DNA of 38,654 bases, from the NCBI GenBank assembly GCA_947650775.1, contig CANSWQ010000002.1, positions 1-38,654 of the forward strand, written 5' to 3'. A program made the translations under genes and the position numbers. This DNA is from an uncultured Mycoplasmatota bacterium. Lineage in GTDB: Bacteria > Bacillota_I > Bacilli_A > RF39 > UBA660. The notes under the pieces were generated by a model that was given only the letters and a program-made list of their open reading frames with translations, was not told the origin of the DNA and made no database searches. Numbering within the stretch: the stretch's first letter is position 1; every line of letters begins with the position of its first letter. This document shows, in pieces, positions 9,479 to 17,518 of this stretch.

Positions 9479-9958
9479 ATGTTAAATAATATAAAAATAG
9501 GTGAAGTAATTAGGTATTTTAGAATGAAAAATAATATGTCTCAAAGAGAGCTTGCTAATATTGTTGGAATTGATAGAACAGAAATAAGTAAGATAGAAAA
9601 CAATATTAGAAAGACAATTAATGATAGCGTATTAAAAAGAATTTGTAATGTTTTAAATATAAATTATATCAAACTTGTGGAAAAGTCAGATATAAATAAT
9701 AAAGAAAATAATTCTAAAAAATATGAAATAATAATTACAGAAACATTTAAAACAAAGTATATAGTTTCAGCTAAAGATGAACAATCAGCAGTTGGTTTTA
9801 TTAATGATTTTTTTAAAGCAGCAGATGTTTTGGAATGTGAAATAAGAAAAGAAAGTGAATCTTTTTCTGATGTTGATGTAAAAGAAATAAAGGAAAAACA
9901 TTGCAGTTTGGAAGAAAAAAATTATATTTTATTTGATGAAGCAGATATTTTACTATAA
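9479..9958 (+). CDS. XRE-family HTH regulator with an extra C-terminal domain
   Basis: MSQRELANIVGIDRTEISKIENN HTH_3 signature. Confidence 0.8.
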   Translation: MLNNIKIGEVIRYFRMKNNMSQRELANIVGIDRTEISKIENNIRKTINDSVLKRICNVLNINYIKLVEKSDINNKENNSKKYEIIITETFKTKYIVSAKDEQSAVGFINDFFKAADVLECEIRKESESFSDVDVKEIKEKHCSLEEKNYILFDEADILL

Positions 9959-10216
9959 AAATTATAATAATGTGCTGTATTAGCAAGCACTGAATAATTA
10001 CTCCCGTAATTATTCTCTTGTTACCCAGTGTAACTTAAAATATATATTAAAATAATTAAACGTATGATATAATTGTCATTGGGAAGTAATATCAAGATTG
10101 TACCACTAGAGTGTAGGAATTTATCAGAACAATCTTTTTATTGTAAATGAGTTTTAACTCATAGTTAAGTGTTAGCACTAATGTGCTAATTTTTTTTATT
10201 AGAAAGGATTGATATC
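9959..10216 (+). promoter_or_regulatory. Candidate oriT and/or structured leader upstream of mobC
   Basis: ORF-free and packed with inverted repeats: a 10-bp perfect stem gaataattac/gtaattattc (9992..10015), gttac/gtaac (10020..10034), aagattgt/acaatctt (10094..10136) and atgagtt/aactcat (10147..10162). Extended -10 tgatataat at 10065..10073. Lies immediately upstream of the relaxosome genes. Confidence 0.5.
10172..10198 (+). terminator. Intrinsic terminator-like hairpin upstream of mobC
   Basis: ttagcac-taat-gtgctaa followed by nine T. Confidence 0.65.
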
Positions 10217-10342
10217 ATGGAAGAAATATTTTTCTTAATAGGAGGATTAAGTGTAATATGTATTATGAATTGTTTTCAAATAAATAAAATAAATGCATTT
10301 ATTAAATCAAATAAGAAAGAAACAAAAGATAATGAGAGCTAG
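10217..10342 (+). CDS. Unannotated 41-aa hydrophobic/basic peptide ORF overlapping the mobC start (leader peptide?)
   Basis: SD aaagga 8 nt upstream of the ATG. MEEIFFLIGGLSVICIMNCFQINKINAFIKSNKKETKDNES. Its TAG (10340..10342) lies 8 nt after the mobC ATG at 10332. Confidence 0.35.
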   Translation: MEEIFFLIGGLSVICIMNCFQINKINAFIKSNKKETKDNES

Positions 10343-10661
10343 AAATATAAAAAAGCAAATATGGATTAATAAGGAAGAAGATTATATCTTAAAAGATAAA
10401 GCTGCAAGGGTAGGATTGTGTGAAGCAGAGTTAATACGGAATTTGATTTTAGGTTTTGAGCCTAAAGAGAAACCAGATAATAGATTTTATGAAGTTATGA
10501 GAGAGTTAAGAGCTATAGGAAACAATATAAATCAAATAGCAAGAAGAGCAAATACATTAAATAATATAGATTGTGAATTGTATAAAACTGAAGCTATTAA
10601 ATGGAATAACTTTATGTTAGATATAAAAAAAGAGTTTCTTCTTCCAAAAGAAATTAAATGA
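10332..10661 (+). CDS. mobC: MobC-family relaxosome accessory protein
   Basis: Signature ELRAIGNNINQIARRAN. Start moved to M14 of the track ORF (MRARNIKKQIWINKEE..), which fits typical MobC length. Neither ATG has a good SD. Confidence 0.85.
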   Translation: MRARNIKKQIWINKEEDYILKDKAARVGLCEAELIRNLILGFEPKEKPDNRFYEVMRELRAIGNNINQIARRANTLNNIDCELYKTEAIKWNNFMLDIKKEFLLPKEIK

Positions 10662-10663
10662 TA

Positions 10664-10692
10664 TATACATTATTAGAAGTTAGTGATATAAT
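10664..10692 (+). promoter_or_regulatory. Predicted sigma-A promoter for the Zn-ribbon/HEPN-like pair
   Basis: -35 tataca (10664..10669), 17-nt spacer, extended -10 tgatataat (10684..10692). Followed by SD gaggtg and the ATG at 10719. Confidence 0.45.
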
Positions 10693-10718
10693 ATACAATA
10701 AATTTGAGGTGAAATAAT

Positions 10719-10967
10719 ATGAGTTGGGAAGTTACAAATAAAAAAAGCATAAAATGTTTATGTGGTAAAGGAAGTATTGTTCAGGAGACAATAGGTGATG
10801 ATTGGAATAGACATAAAGATAAAGAACCTATTATAGAATGTGAAGAATGTTCCCAAAAATATAAAATTGATTCAGAATGTATTTGTCCAAAGCCTTACCA
10901 TGATTATACAAATTATTATTGTGTTGAAAAAGAAAATCCAAGTAAAAAAATAACGTTGGATTTATAA
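10719..10967 (+). CDS. Small Cys-rich zinc-ribbon-like protein (82 aa)
   Basis: CxC...CxxC pairs (CLCGKG / CEECSQ) plus further Cys/His residues. SD gaggtg upstream. Confidence 0.6.
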   Translation: MSWEVTNKKSIKCLCGKGSIVQETIGDDWNRHKDKEPIIECEECSQKYKIDSECICPKPYHDYTNYYCVEKENPSKKITLDL

Positions 10968-10980
10968 TAGGAGATAATAA

Positions 10981-11505
10981 ATGAATGAGGTATGGACATG
11001 CAAAAGTCCCTATAATTTTGCAGATGAAAATTTTGCTACGATATTTTCGTTTTTTGTTATTGAGTGTCCGGTTGAAGATATAAGTGTAAGAGGAGCAACT
11101 TCTGAAAGAAAAACAAATTTACAAGGATTTACTAGCCAAAGTATTTCTACAAATTTGAAAACTGGATATTGGAATCCAATAGATGAGAATAAGAATAATA
11201 GTAATATAGAAGATATAATACGTAATAATGGTATTATTTCACATAATGAAATAAAATATGAAATAGTAGCTTTTAAATATTATAAAAAAGATATGATGAA
11301 ACAATTTTTATATTCCATAAGGTGTGCTTTCGCTCATGGTGCGTTTTGTATTCATGAACATGATAATTGTAAATTTTATTATTTTGAAAATTTTGATATA
11401 AATGGAAAAGGTTTAATAGCAAGGATGGTTTTAAAAGAAGAATCCTTAATAAAGATAGTTGATAAATTAAAAATTAAAAAGGAAAACTACAAACAGCAAA
11501 ATTAG
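10981..11505 (+). CDS. HEPN-like protein (putative RNase), 174 aa
   Basis: Rx4-6H motifs: R114-CAFA-H119 within YSIRCAFAHGAF (nt 11320..11337) and R81-NNGIIS-H88. SD aggaga 13 bp after the previous stop. Confidence 0.45.
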   Translation: MNEVWTCKSPYNFADENFATIFSFFVIECPVEDISVRGATSERKTNLQGFTSQSISTNLKTGYWNPIDENKNNSNIEDIIRNNGIISHNEIKYEIVAFKYYKKDMMKQFLYSIRCAFAHGAFCIHEHDNCKFYYFENFDINGKGLIARMVLKEESLIKIVDKLKIKKENYKQQN

Positions 11506-11511
11506 AAAGGG

Positions 11512-12819
11512 TTGATATTAATTGCAACTACAGCAATATGGAAGATAACTAAAAGACTAGACCATGTAATAGACTATACGACAGATAAAGATAAAACTTT
11601 AAATAAAAAATATGGTAAGCAAGACTTTAAAGAATTTCATAACTTGTCAGCACATAAGAATGAAGAATATGTAAATGAGAAACATTGCTTTATATCTTCA
11701 CTAAATTGTTCCGTAGAAAGTGCATATGAAGAAATGAAGATAACTAAGAAAACTTTTAACAAAACTGAAGGTATACTTGGTTTCCATGCTTTTCAATCAT
11801 TTGCAGAGAATGAAGTAACACCAGAAACAGCTCATGAAATAGGAGTTAAACTAGCTGAAGAAATATGGGGTGATGATTTTGAAGTAATAATTAGTACTCA
11901 TCAAAATACTAAACATATTCATAATCACTTTGTAATAAATTCTGTAAGTTTTAAAAATGGTAAAAGATACTATGATAAAAGAGACACGTATGCAAGAATA
12001 AGACAAGTGTCAGATTCTTTGTGTGAAGAATATAATCTTAGTGTTTTAAAAGAGAAGAAATGCCAAAGAAGTAAAATAAATTATGATAATTATAATAAGA
12101 GCTATATAACAAAAGATAATTATCATTCTATTGCATTAGAAGATATTAATTTAGCTATTGATAAATCAAAATCATTAAATGATTTTGTAAATAATATGAT
12201 TGCATTGGAATATGAAGTTTTCTTTAGATATGGAAAGATTAGTATTCGTAAAAAAGGATATAAAAAGAATATTAGAATAGAGCGAGCTTTTGGAAGCGAA
12301 TATACTATAGACAGAATAAGAGAAAGAACTTTTGAGAATAGAACTAAGTATAGACAATATGAAAAACAAAGTTTTAAAAGAATAAAAGGTTTCTATAATT
12401 TATATGCTTATTATTATTTCCTTTTAAAAACTTTTAAACAAAAGCCAATAAAATATATTCCATCATATATAAGGGAAGATGTTAAAAAGATGGATGAAAT
12501 ATCTGAACAGACAAGATTGCTAGTTAGTAATAACATAGAAACTGACAAGCAATTTTTTTTATTTGCCAAAAATAAAAATGATGAGTTAAATATTTTAATA
12601 GGGGAGCGTGAAAAATTATGGTACAAATATAAAAAAAATGATTCCAATAAAGATGAAATTAAAGTTAAAATTAATTCTATTACGAAAGATATAAATAATT
12701 TAAGGAGAGTGATAAAGTTATGTGATGGAATAAAAGAACGATGTTATAAAATTGAAGAAGTAGTAAAAGAAGTAGAAAAAAATGAAAGAAAGGGTGAAAA
12801 GAAATATGAACTCAAGTGA
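11512..12819 (+). CDS. Relaxase (MobA/VirD2-type relaxase/mobilisation nuclease domain)
   Basis: Histidine triad STHQNTKHIHNHFVINSV and the N-terminal region ATTAIWKITKRLDHVIDYTTDKDKT. Start codon uncertain: the TTG at 11512 abuts the SD, and an ATT at 11521 is better spaced. Confidence 0.9.
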   Translation: MILIATTAIWKITKRLDHVIDYTTDKDKTLNKKYGKQDFKEFHNLSAHKNEEYVNEKHCFISSLNCSVESAYEEMKITKKTFNKTEGILGFHAFQSFAENEVTPETAHEIGVKLAEEIWGDDFEVIISTHQNTKHIHNHFVINSVSFKNGKRYYDKRDTYARIRQVSDSLCEEYNLSVLKEKKCQRSKINYDNYNKSYITKDNYHSIALEDINLAIDKSKSLNDFVNNMIALEYEVFFRYGKISIRKKGYKKNIRIERAFGSEYTIDRIRERTFENRTKYRQYEKQSFKRIKGFYNLYAYYYFLLKTFKQKPIKYIPSYIREDVKKMDEISEQTRLLVSNNIETDKQFFLFAKNKNDELNILIGEREKLWYKYKKNDSNKDEIKVKINSITKDINNLRRVIKLCDGIKERCYKIEEVVKEVEKNERKGEKKYELK

Positions 12820-13564
12820 TGCAGCAGAGACTCTTGTAAAGATAACATTAGAAGGAACAGAATTTGCTTTAAAAATAACAGGTACAGCAGCGTCTTATTT
12901 AGTTCCGTTAATAATTGCGAAATTACAAGAGCAAAATGAATCTGTAGGTAAGACAAAACTAATAAAATTATTAAAAAGTGAAAAGCCATTAAAAATATTC
13001 TCTATCAAATTAGATGATGTAAAAGAGTTTAGAAGTCAAGCTAAAAGATATGGAATTAATTATGCTGAGCTTAAACATAAAAAGAATGATAAAGATGATA
13101 TTGTTGATTTAATAGTTAAAGCTGAAGATGCTGCAAGAGTAAATCGCATGGTTGAAAGATTTAATCTATCTAATTTCAATGAAAATGAAATTAGAAGTAA
13201 AATTCAAGATAGTGATGACAAAGAATCTAACAATGAAGTAATATCTCCAATTAAAGATCCAGATTCATTGGTAGCTGACATTTTCTCAAAGCAAGAAAAG
13301 GAAGCTGAAGCCCCCCTGTTAGACAAGGAGATAGGGAAAAAGAGTCCGTTAGAGAGTTCTTATACAAGCAAAAACAATCAGAGTTCAATTACTTCTAACG
13401 ATAGACCTTCAGTTATAGAAAATCTCCAAAAAATAAAAGAAGAACAAGTTAATAAAGATATACCTGAAGAAGAAACTATAAAATCAAAGACTAAAGAGAT
13501 AAAGCATCAACAACCTAAAATTAAAAAGAAAAAAGAAAGGGGAAACAAAGATGGATATAGATAG
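12782..13564 (+). CDS. PcfB/DUF3801-like conjugation protein
   Basis: N-terminal TLEGTEFALKITGTAASYL.. region and a position between relaxase and T4CP typical of PcfB-like proteins. The alternative start at 12806 is possible. Confidence 0.6.
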   Translation: MKERVKRNMNSSDAAETLVKITLEGTEFALKITGTAASYLVPLIIAKLQEQNESVGKTKLIKLLKSEKPLKIFSIKLDDVKEFRSQAKRYGINYAELKHKKNDKDDIVDLIVKAEDAARVNRMVERFNLSNFNENEIRSKIQDSDDKESNNEVISPIKDPDSLVADIFSKQEKEAEAPLLDKEIGKKSPLESSYTSKNNQSSITSNDRPSVIENLQKIKEEQVNKDIPEEETIKSKTKEIKHQQPKIKKKKERGNKDGYR

Positions 13565-14402
13565 TGTTTTGCAAAATAAAAGTAAAAAAGAGTATAACAA
13601 AGAAGAATATAAAGCTTATAAAAAAGAAGAAAAACAGCAGATATATGATTTAGCAGACCAGACGGCTAATAAAACATTAACTTCACCTGAAATGTTAAAG
13701 ACATATTTAGATGTCCAAGCAAGATTCGCAAACTATTCTATGAATAATGCTTTATTAATAGCAGCTCAAATGCCAAATGCTAGAATGATAAAGTCATTAG
13801 ATGAATGGAAGAAAATAGGAGCATATGCAAAGCCACAATGTAAGTTTATAACAATACTAGAACCTGGACAAAAATTTTTAAAATCGGACAATTCCATTTC
13901 TACTACGTTTAACACAAAAAAAGTTCTAGATGTATCACAAACTACTATTGCATTAGGTAATGATACAAAAAAATATAATGCAGAAGAGATGTTCAAAGCT
14001 TTTATATATAAATGCCCATATAATATAGAAGCAGCAGATGAACTGAATGAAGGGAAGACTGTAGAACATAATGGTGATACCATTTATATAAAAAGAGGGT
14101 TTGAAGAGACAAAAATGTTTACTGAATTGTCATTAGCCTTTACAAATGCAGAAATGAATATTTATAGTGATTCTAGTTTAAATGATTTCGTAAGTAATTG
14201 TTCTGCATACATGATTTGTAAGAGTGTAGGCATTGATAGTGAATTGTTTGATTTAACTATTCCAGAAAGTATAAAAGATATAGATATTGTAGATAAGAAA
14301 AACATTTTAACTCAAATGAAAAATTTAATGGATGATCATATTAATAGAATAAATGTGTATTATAAGAATAAAGAACAAAGAAATCAAAATTATGAAAGGT
14401 AA
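13551..14402 (+). CDS. ArdC-N-like (DUF1738-type ssDNA-binding) domain protein without a protease domain
   Basis: FANYSMNNALLIAAQMPNARMIKSLDEWKKIGAYAKPQCKFITILEP resembles the ArdC N-terminal motif. No HExxH. Confidence 0.55.
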   Translation: MDIDSVLQNKSKKEYNKEEYKAYKKEEKQQIYDLADQTANKTLTSPEMLKTYLDVQARFANYSMNNALLIAAQMPNARMIKSLDEWKKIGAYAKPQCKFITILEPGQKFLKSDNSISTTFNTKKVLDVSQTTIALGNDTKKYNAEEMFKAFIYKCPYNIEAADELNEGKTVEHNGDTIYIKRGFEETKMFTELSLAFTNAEMNIYSDSSLNDFVSNCSAYMICKSVGIDSELFDLTIPESIKDIDIVDKKNILTQMKNLMDDHINRINVYYKNKEQRNQNYER

Positions 14403-14407
14403 GATAA

Positions 14408-14578
14408 ATGAAAATATTAGAGCTTAGTAGACACGAAACAGGGATTATCATAAATGCACTAATGGAATTTAGGAATAAAGTTATTTCAAATAATGAAAAT
14501 TATGAACCTATTAATGAACTTTTAATTAAAGTGCTAGATGCACCAGAAAAGAAATCAATTTTTAGAGATAGTAGATAA
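14408..14578 (+). CDS. Small conserved-looking ORF (56 aa) upstream of the T4CP gene, below the track size cut-off
   Basis: MKILELSRHETGIIINALMEFRNKVISNNENYEPINELLIKVLDAPEKKSIFRDSR. Fills the gap exactly, with its stop 3 nt before the T4CP GTG. Confidence 0.5.
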   Translation: MKILELSRHETGIIINALMEFRNKVISNNENYEPINELLIKVLDAPEKKSIFRDSR

Positions 14579-14581
14579 ATA

Positions 14582-16309
14582 GTGCTAAAAAACAATAATG
14601 ATGTAAAATGGCTTTTTATAATAGGTATAATACCAGTAGTTTATTTTTCATTATTATTAGCACCACATTTTGATAAGAGCTTAATAAATATAATTCAAGA
14701 ATTACCTGAAATATTAGATAATCCATTTAATATAACATTTTGTGAGTATAGCATAAAAGCTATTACTCTTTTTTTATTCATTTATTCATTATCTATAGCA
14801 ATATATTATTCTATTCCAAAAAATTATCGCCATAGGGAAGAACATGGTTCTGCAAAATGGGGAAATAAGAAAAGAATTTGTAAAAAATATTTACAAAAAC
14901 CAATAGAGAATAATAAGATCCTAACTCAAAATGTTTCAATCGGACTTGATGGAAAGAAGCATAGGCGCAATCTAAATACGTTGGTTATAGGTGGATCTGG
15001 TGCTGGAAAAACAAGATTTTATTGTAAACCAAATTTGTTGCAAGCTAATACATCATTTGTAATTTTAGATCCTAAAGGCGAAATGCTGCGAGATACAGGA
15101 TATTTATTAGAGAAAAAAGGGTATTCAGTAAGAGTATTAGACTTAATAAATTTTGAAAAAAGTTTTTGTTATAATCCACTTTTTTATGCAACTACAGATA
15201 ATGATGTTCAAAAACTTGTAACTAATTTCTTTAAAGCGACAACTCCAAAGGGTTCAACTTCTAGTGATCCATTTTGGGATACTGCTGCATCAATGTTACT
15301 TTTAGCTTTAATTTTCTATTTAAAGTATGAAGCACCAGAATATGAACAGAATTTTTCAACTATTATGGATATGATAGCTTATGGTGAAGTTAAAGAAGAT
15401 GATGATTCTTATTTGAGCCCGTTAGATATTCTATTTAATCGCTTAGAGAAAAGACAAAAAGATCATATAGCTGTCAAATATTATCGTAACTATCGCTGTG
15501 GTTCGGCAAAAACCTTAAAATCTATTCAAATAACACTAACTTCTCGCCTAGAAAAATTCAATTTAAGCAGTGTAGCAGCACTAACAATGACAGATGAACT
15601 AAATCTACAAGAGTTAGGAGAAAAGAAAGTAGCGTTATTTGCACTTATTCCTGATAACGACACTTCTTTTAATTTTTTAGTAAGTATTCTATATACACAA
15701 ATATTTCAACAATTATTCTATTTAGCCGATCATAAATATTCTGGATGCTTGCCAATGCCAGTTCATTTTCTAATGGATGAGTTTGCTAATGTCTCATTGC
15801 CAGATGACTTTGATAAGATTCTTTCAGTAATGCGTTCAAGAGGAGTTTTTGTATCTATTATTCTCCAAAATTTAGCTCAATTAAAAGCGCTGTTTGAAAA
15901 ACAATGGGAAAGTATTGTTGGAAATTGTGATGAGTTTTTATATTTAGGAGGAAATGAACAATCAACACATAAATATGTAAGCGAATTGTTAGGGAAAGAC
16001 ACTATTGATACTAACACTTTTGGAAAATCATCTGGAAATAGTGGAAACTTCTCTACTAACTATCAGAGTACAGGGCGAGAACTTATGACACAGGATGAAG
16101 TAAGAATGTTAGATAATTTATTATCTATTCTATTTATTAGAGGTGAAAGACCAATTATAGATTATAAATATGATATTTTAAAACATCCAAATGTCAACTT
16201 AACCACAGATGGAAGTGAAAAACCATACAAACACAATAAATATGATAATGAAATAGGAACAATAGAACTTGATTATAATGTTAGCAACTATGTTTTTACT
16301 AACATTTAA
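14582..16309 (+). CDS. virD4: Type IV coupling protein (VirD4/TraG family)
   Basis: Two N-terminal TM segments, Walker A VIGGSGAGKTRF and Walker B-like HFLMDEFAN. GTG start. Confidence 0.93.
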   Translation: MLKNNNDVKWLFIIGIIPVVYFSLLLAPHFDKSLINIIQELPEILDNPFNITFCEYSIKAITLFLFIYSLSIAIYYSIPKNYRHREEHGSAKWGNKKRICKKYLQKPIENNKILTQNVSIGLDGKKHRRNLNTLVIGGSGAGKTRFYCKPNLLQANTSFVILDPKGEMLRDTGYLLEKKGYSVRVLDLINFEKSFCYNPLFYATTDNDVQKLVTNFFKATTPKGSTSSDPFWDTAASMLLLALIFYLKYEAPEYEQNFSTIMDMIAYGEVKEDDDSYLSPLDILFNRLEKRQKDHIAVKYYRNYRCGSAKTLKSIQITLTSRLEKFNLSSVAALTMTDELNLQELGEKKVALFALIPDNDTSFNFLVSILYTQIFQQLFYLADHKYSGCLPMPVHFLMDEFANVSLPDDFDKILSVMRSRGVFVSIILQNLAQLKALFEKQWESIVGNCDEFLYLGGNEQSTHKYVSELLGKDTIDTNTFGKSSGNSGNFSTNYQSTGRELMTQDEVRMLDNLLSILFIRGERPIIDYKYDILKHPNVNLTTDGSEKPYKHNKYDNEIGTIELDYNVSNYVFTNI

Positions 16310-16335
16310 AATATCAATAATTAGAAAGGGAAATT

Positions 16336-16632
16336 ATGAAAAAGAAAAAAATTTATATTATAGCAGTATTTATTTATATACTAACAATAGGAACAAGCAC
16401 CATAGCTTTTGCTGCAACTGATGATCCTTTGCAAGTAATTAATAATTTATCAGATTATATATTTAATATTTTAAAAGCAGTGGGATTTATATTAGCTGGA
16501 CTTGGTGTTGTTCAAATAGGTCTAGCTTTTAAAACGCATGATCCATCTCAAAGAGCACAAGGAATTTTATCAGCCGTAGGGGGAATATTAATTGCTTGCT
16601 CAAAGTATATAATTAATGCCATAATCGGATAA
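16336..16632 (+). CDS. Maff2-like / VirB2-like small membrane protein
   Basis: Signal peptide (..STIAFA-ATDDP) plus two hydrophobic helices. Position directly after the T4CP gene. Confidence 0.6.
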   Translation: MKKKKIYIIAVFIYILTIGTSTIAFAATDDPLQVINNLSDYIFNILKAVGFILAGLGVVQIGLAFKTHDPSQRAQGILSAVGGILIACSKYIINAIIG

Positions 16633-16663
16633 TAAAGAGTATTTTTAGAATTGGGGTGATATT

Positions 16664-17518
16664 ATGCTGATTGGATCTAATTGGATTATAAATAATTTAA
16701 CTAAATCATTAAACACATGGAATGAAAGTTTAACTGACATTATTAATTTAATAACTAGTTCCCCAGAGGAATTTAAAAATGGCAGTGTATGGGCAATTAT
16801 AGAAAAGATTAATGGGGGGTTGCAAGCAGTAGGTTTAGCATTATTAGTATTGTTTTTTGTAGTAGGAATTTTAAAAACATGTACTTCATTAAATGAAGTA
16901 AAGAAACCAGAGCATGCTTTCAAATATTTTATACGTTTTGTACTTGCTAAAGCTATTGTAACATATGGTATGGAATTAATGTTGGCAATATTTAAAATAG
17001 GTCAAGGAATATGTAACAGGGTTATTGAAGCTGCTTCAGTAGAGTATATCCTTGAAGGCTTGCCTATTGGAGCAGAGTTGCCAGAAGAAATAGTAACTGC
17101 TATTCTTAATTGTGGATTTTTGGAATCTATTCCACTTTGGGCAGTTACAATTATAGGTAGTTTGTTTATAACTATAATGACTTATATTATGATAATGACT
17201 ATATATGGTCGTTTTTTTAAATTATATATTTATGCTGCCCTAGCACCTATTCCACTTTCATGCTTTTCTGGAGAATCTACCCAACATATAGGTATAAGCT
17301 TTTTTAAATCCTTTTGTGGAGTATGTTTAGAAAGCGCAGTTATAGTTTTAGCATGTGTAATATTCACTTACTTTGCTTCATCTCCACCAGCATTAGCAGA
17401 TGGCGATGCAATAAATATGGTTTGGTCGTATGTAGGTGAACTCGCTTTTAATATGTTAGTTTTAGTAGGAACGATTAAAATGTCCGATAGGGTGATAAAG
17501 GAGATGATGGGAATTTAA
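16664..17518 (+). CDS. VirB6/TrbL-like polytopic membrane protein (CD1112-type)
   Basis: About 6 TM segments, T4SS operon context. Confidence 0.65.
   Translation: MLIGSNWIINNLTKSLNTWNESLTDIINLITSSPEEFKNGSVWAIIEKINGGLQAVGLALLVLFFVVGILKTCTSLNEVKKPEHAFKYFIRFVLAKAIVTYGMELMLAIFKIGQGICNRVIEAASVEYILEGLPIGAELPEEIVTAILNCGFLESIPLWAVTIIGSLFITIMTYIMIMTIYGRFFKLYIYAALAPIPLSCFSGESTQHIGISFFKSFCGVCLESAVIVLACVIFTYFASSPPALADGDAINMVWSYVGELAFNMLVLVGTIKMSDRVIKEMMGI

Noticed and set aside
10293-10331. Longer mobC start (MHLLNQIRKKQKI-)
   Set aside because: There is no SD. MobC-family proteins are about 105-115 aa and the M14 start gives 109 aa. The extension overlaps the better-supported 41-aa upstream ORF in another frame.
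12175-14083. Minus-strand ORFs 12175..12369, 12414..12647, 12744..12989 and 13766..14083
   Set aside because: They are antisense to the relaxase, PcfB-like and ArdC-N-like genes, with no SD or motifs.
16645-16923. Minus-strand ORF overlapping the VirB6-like gene
   Set aside because: It is an antisense shadow, and the + strand polytopic membrane protein fits the T4SS operon.
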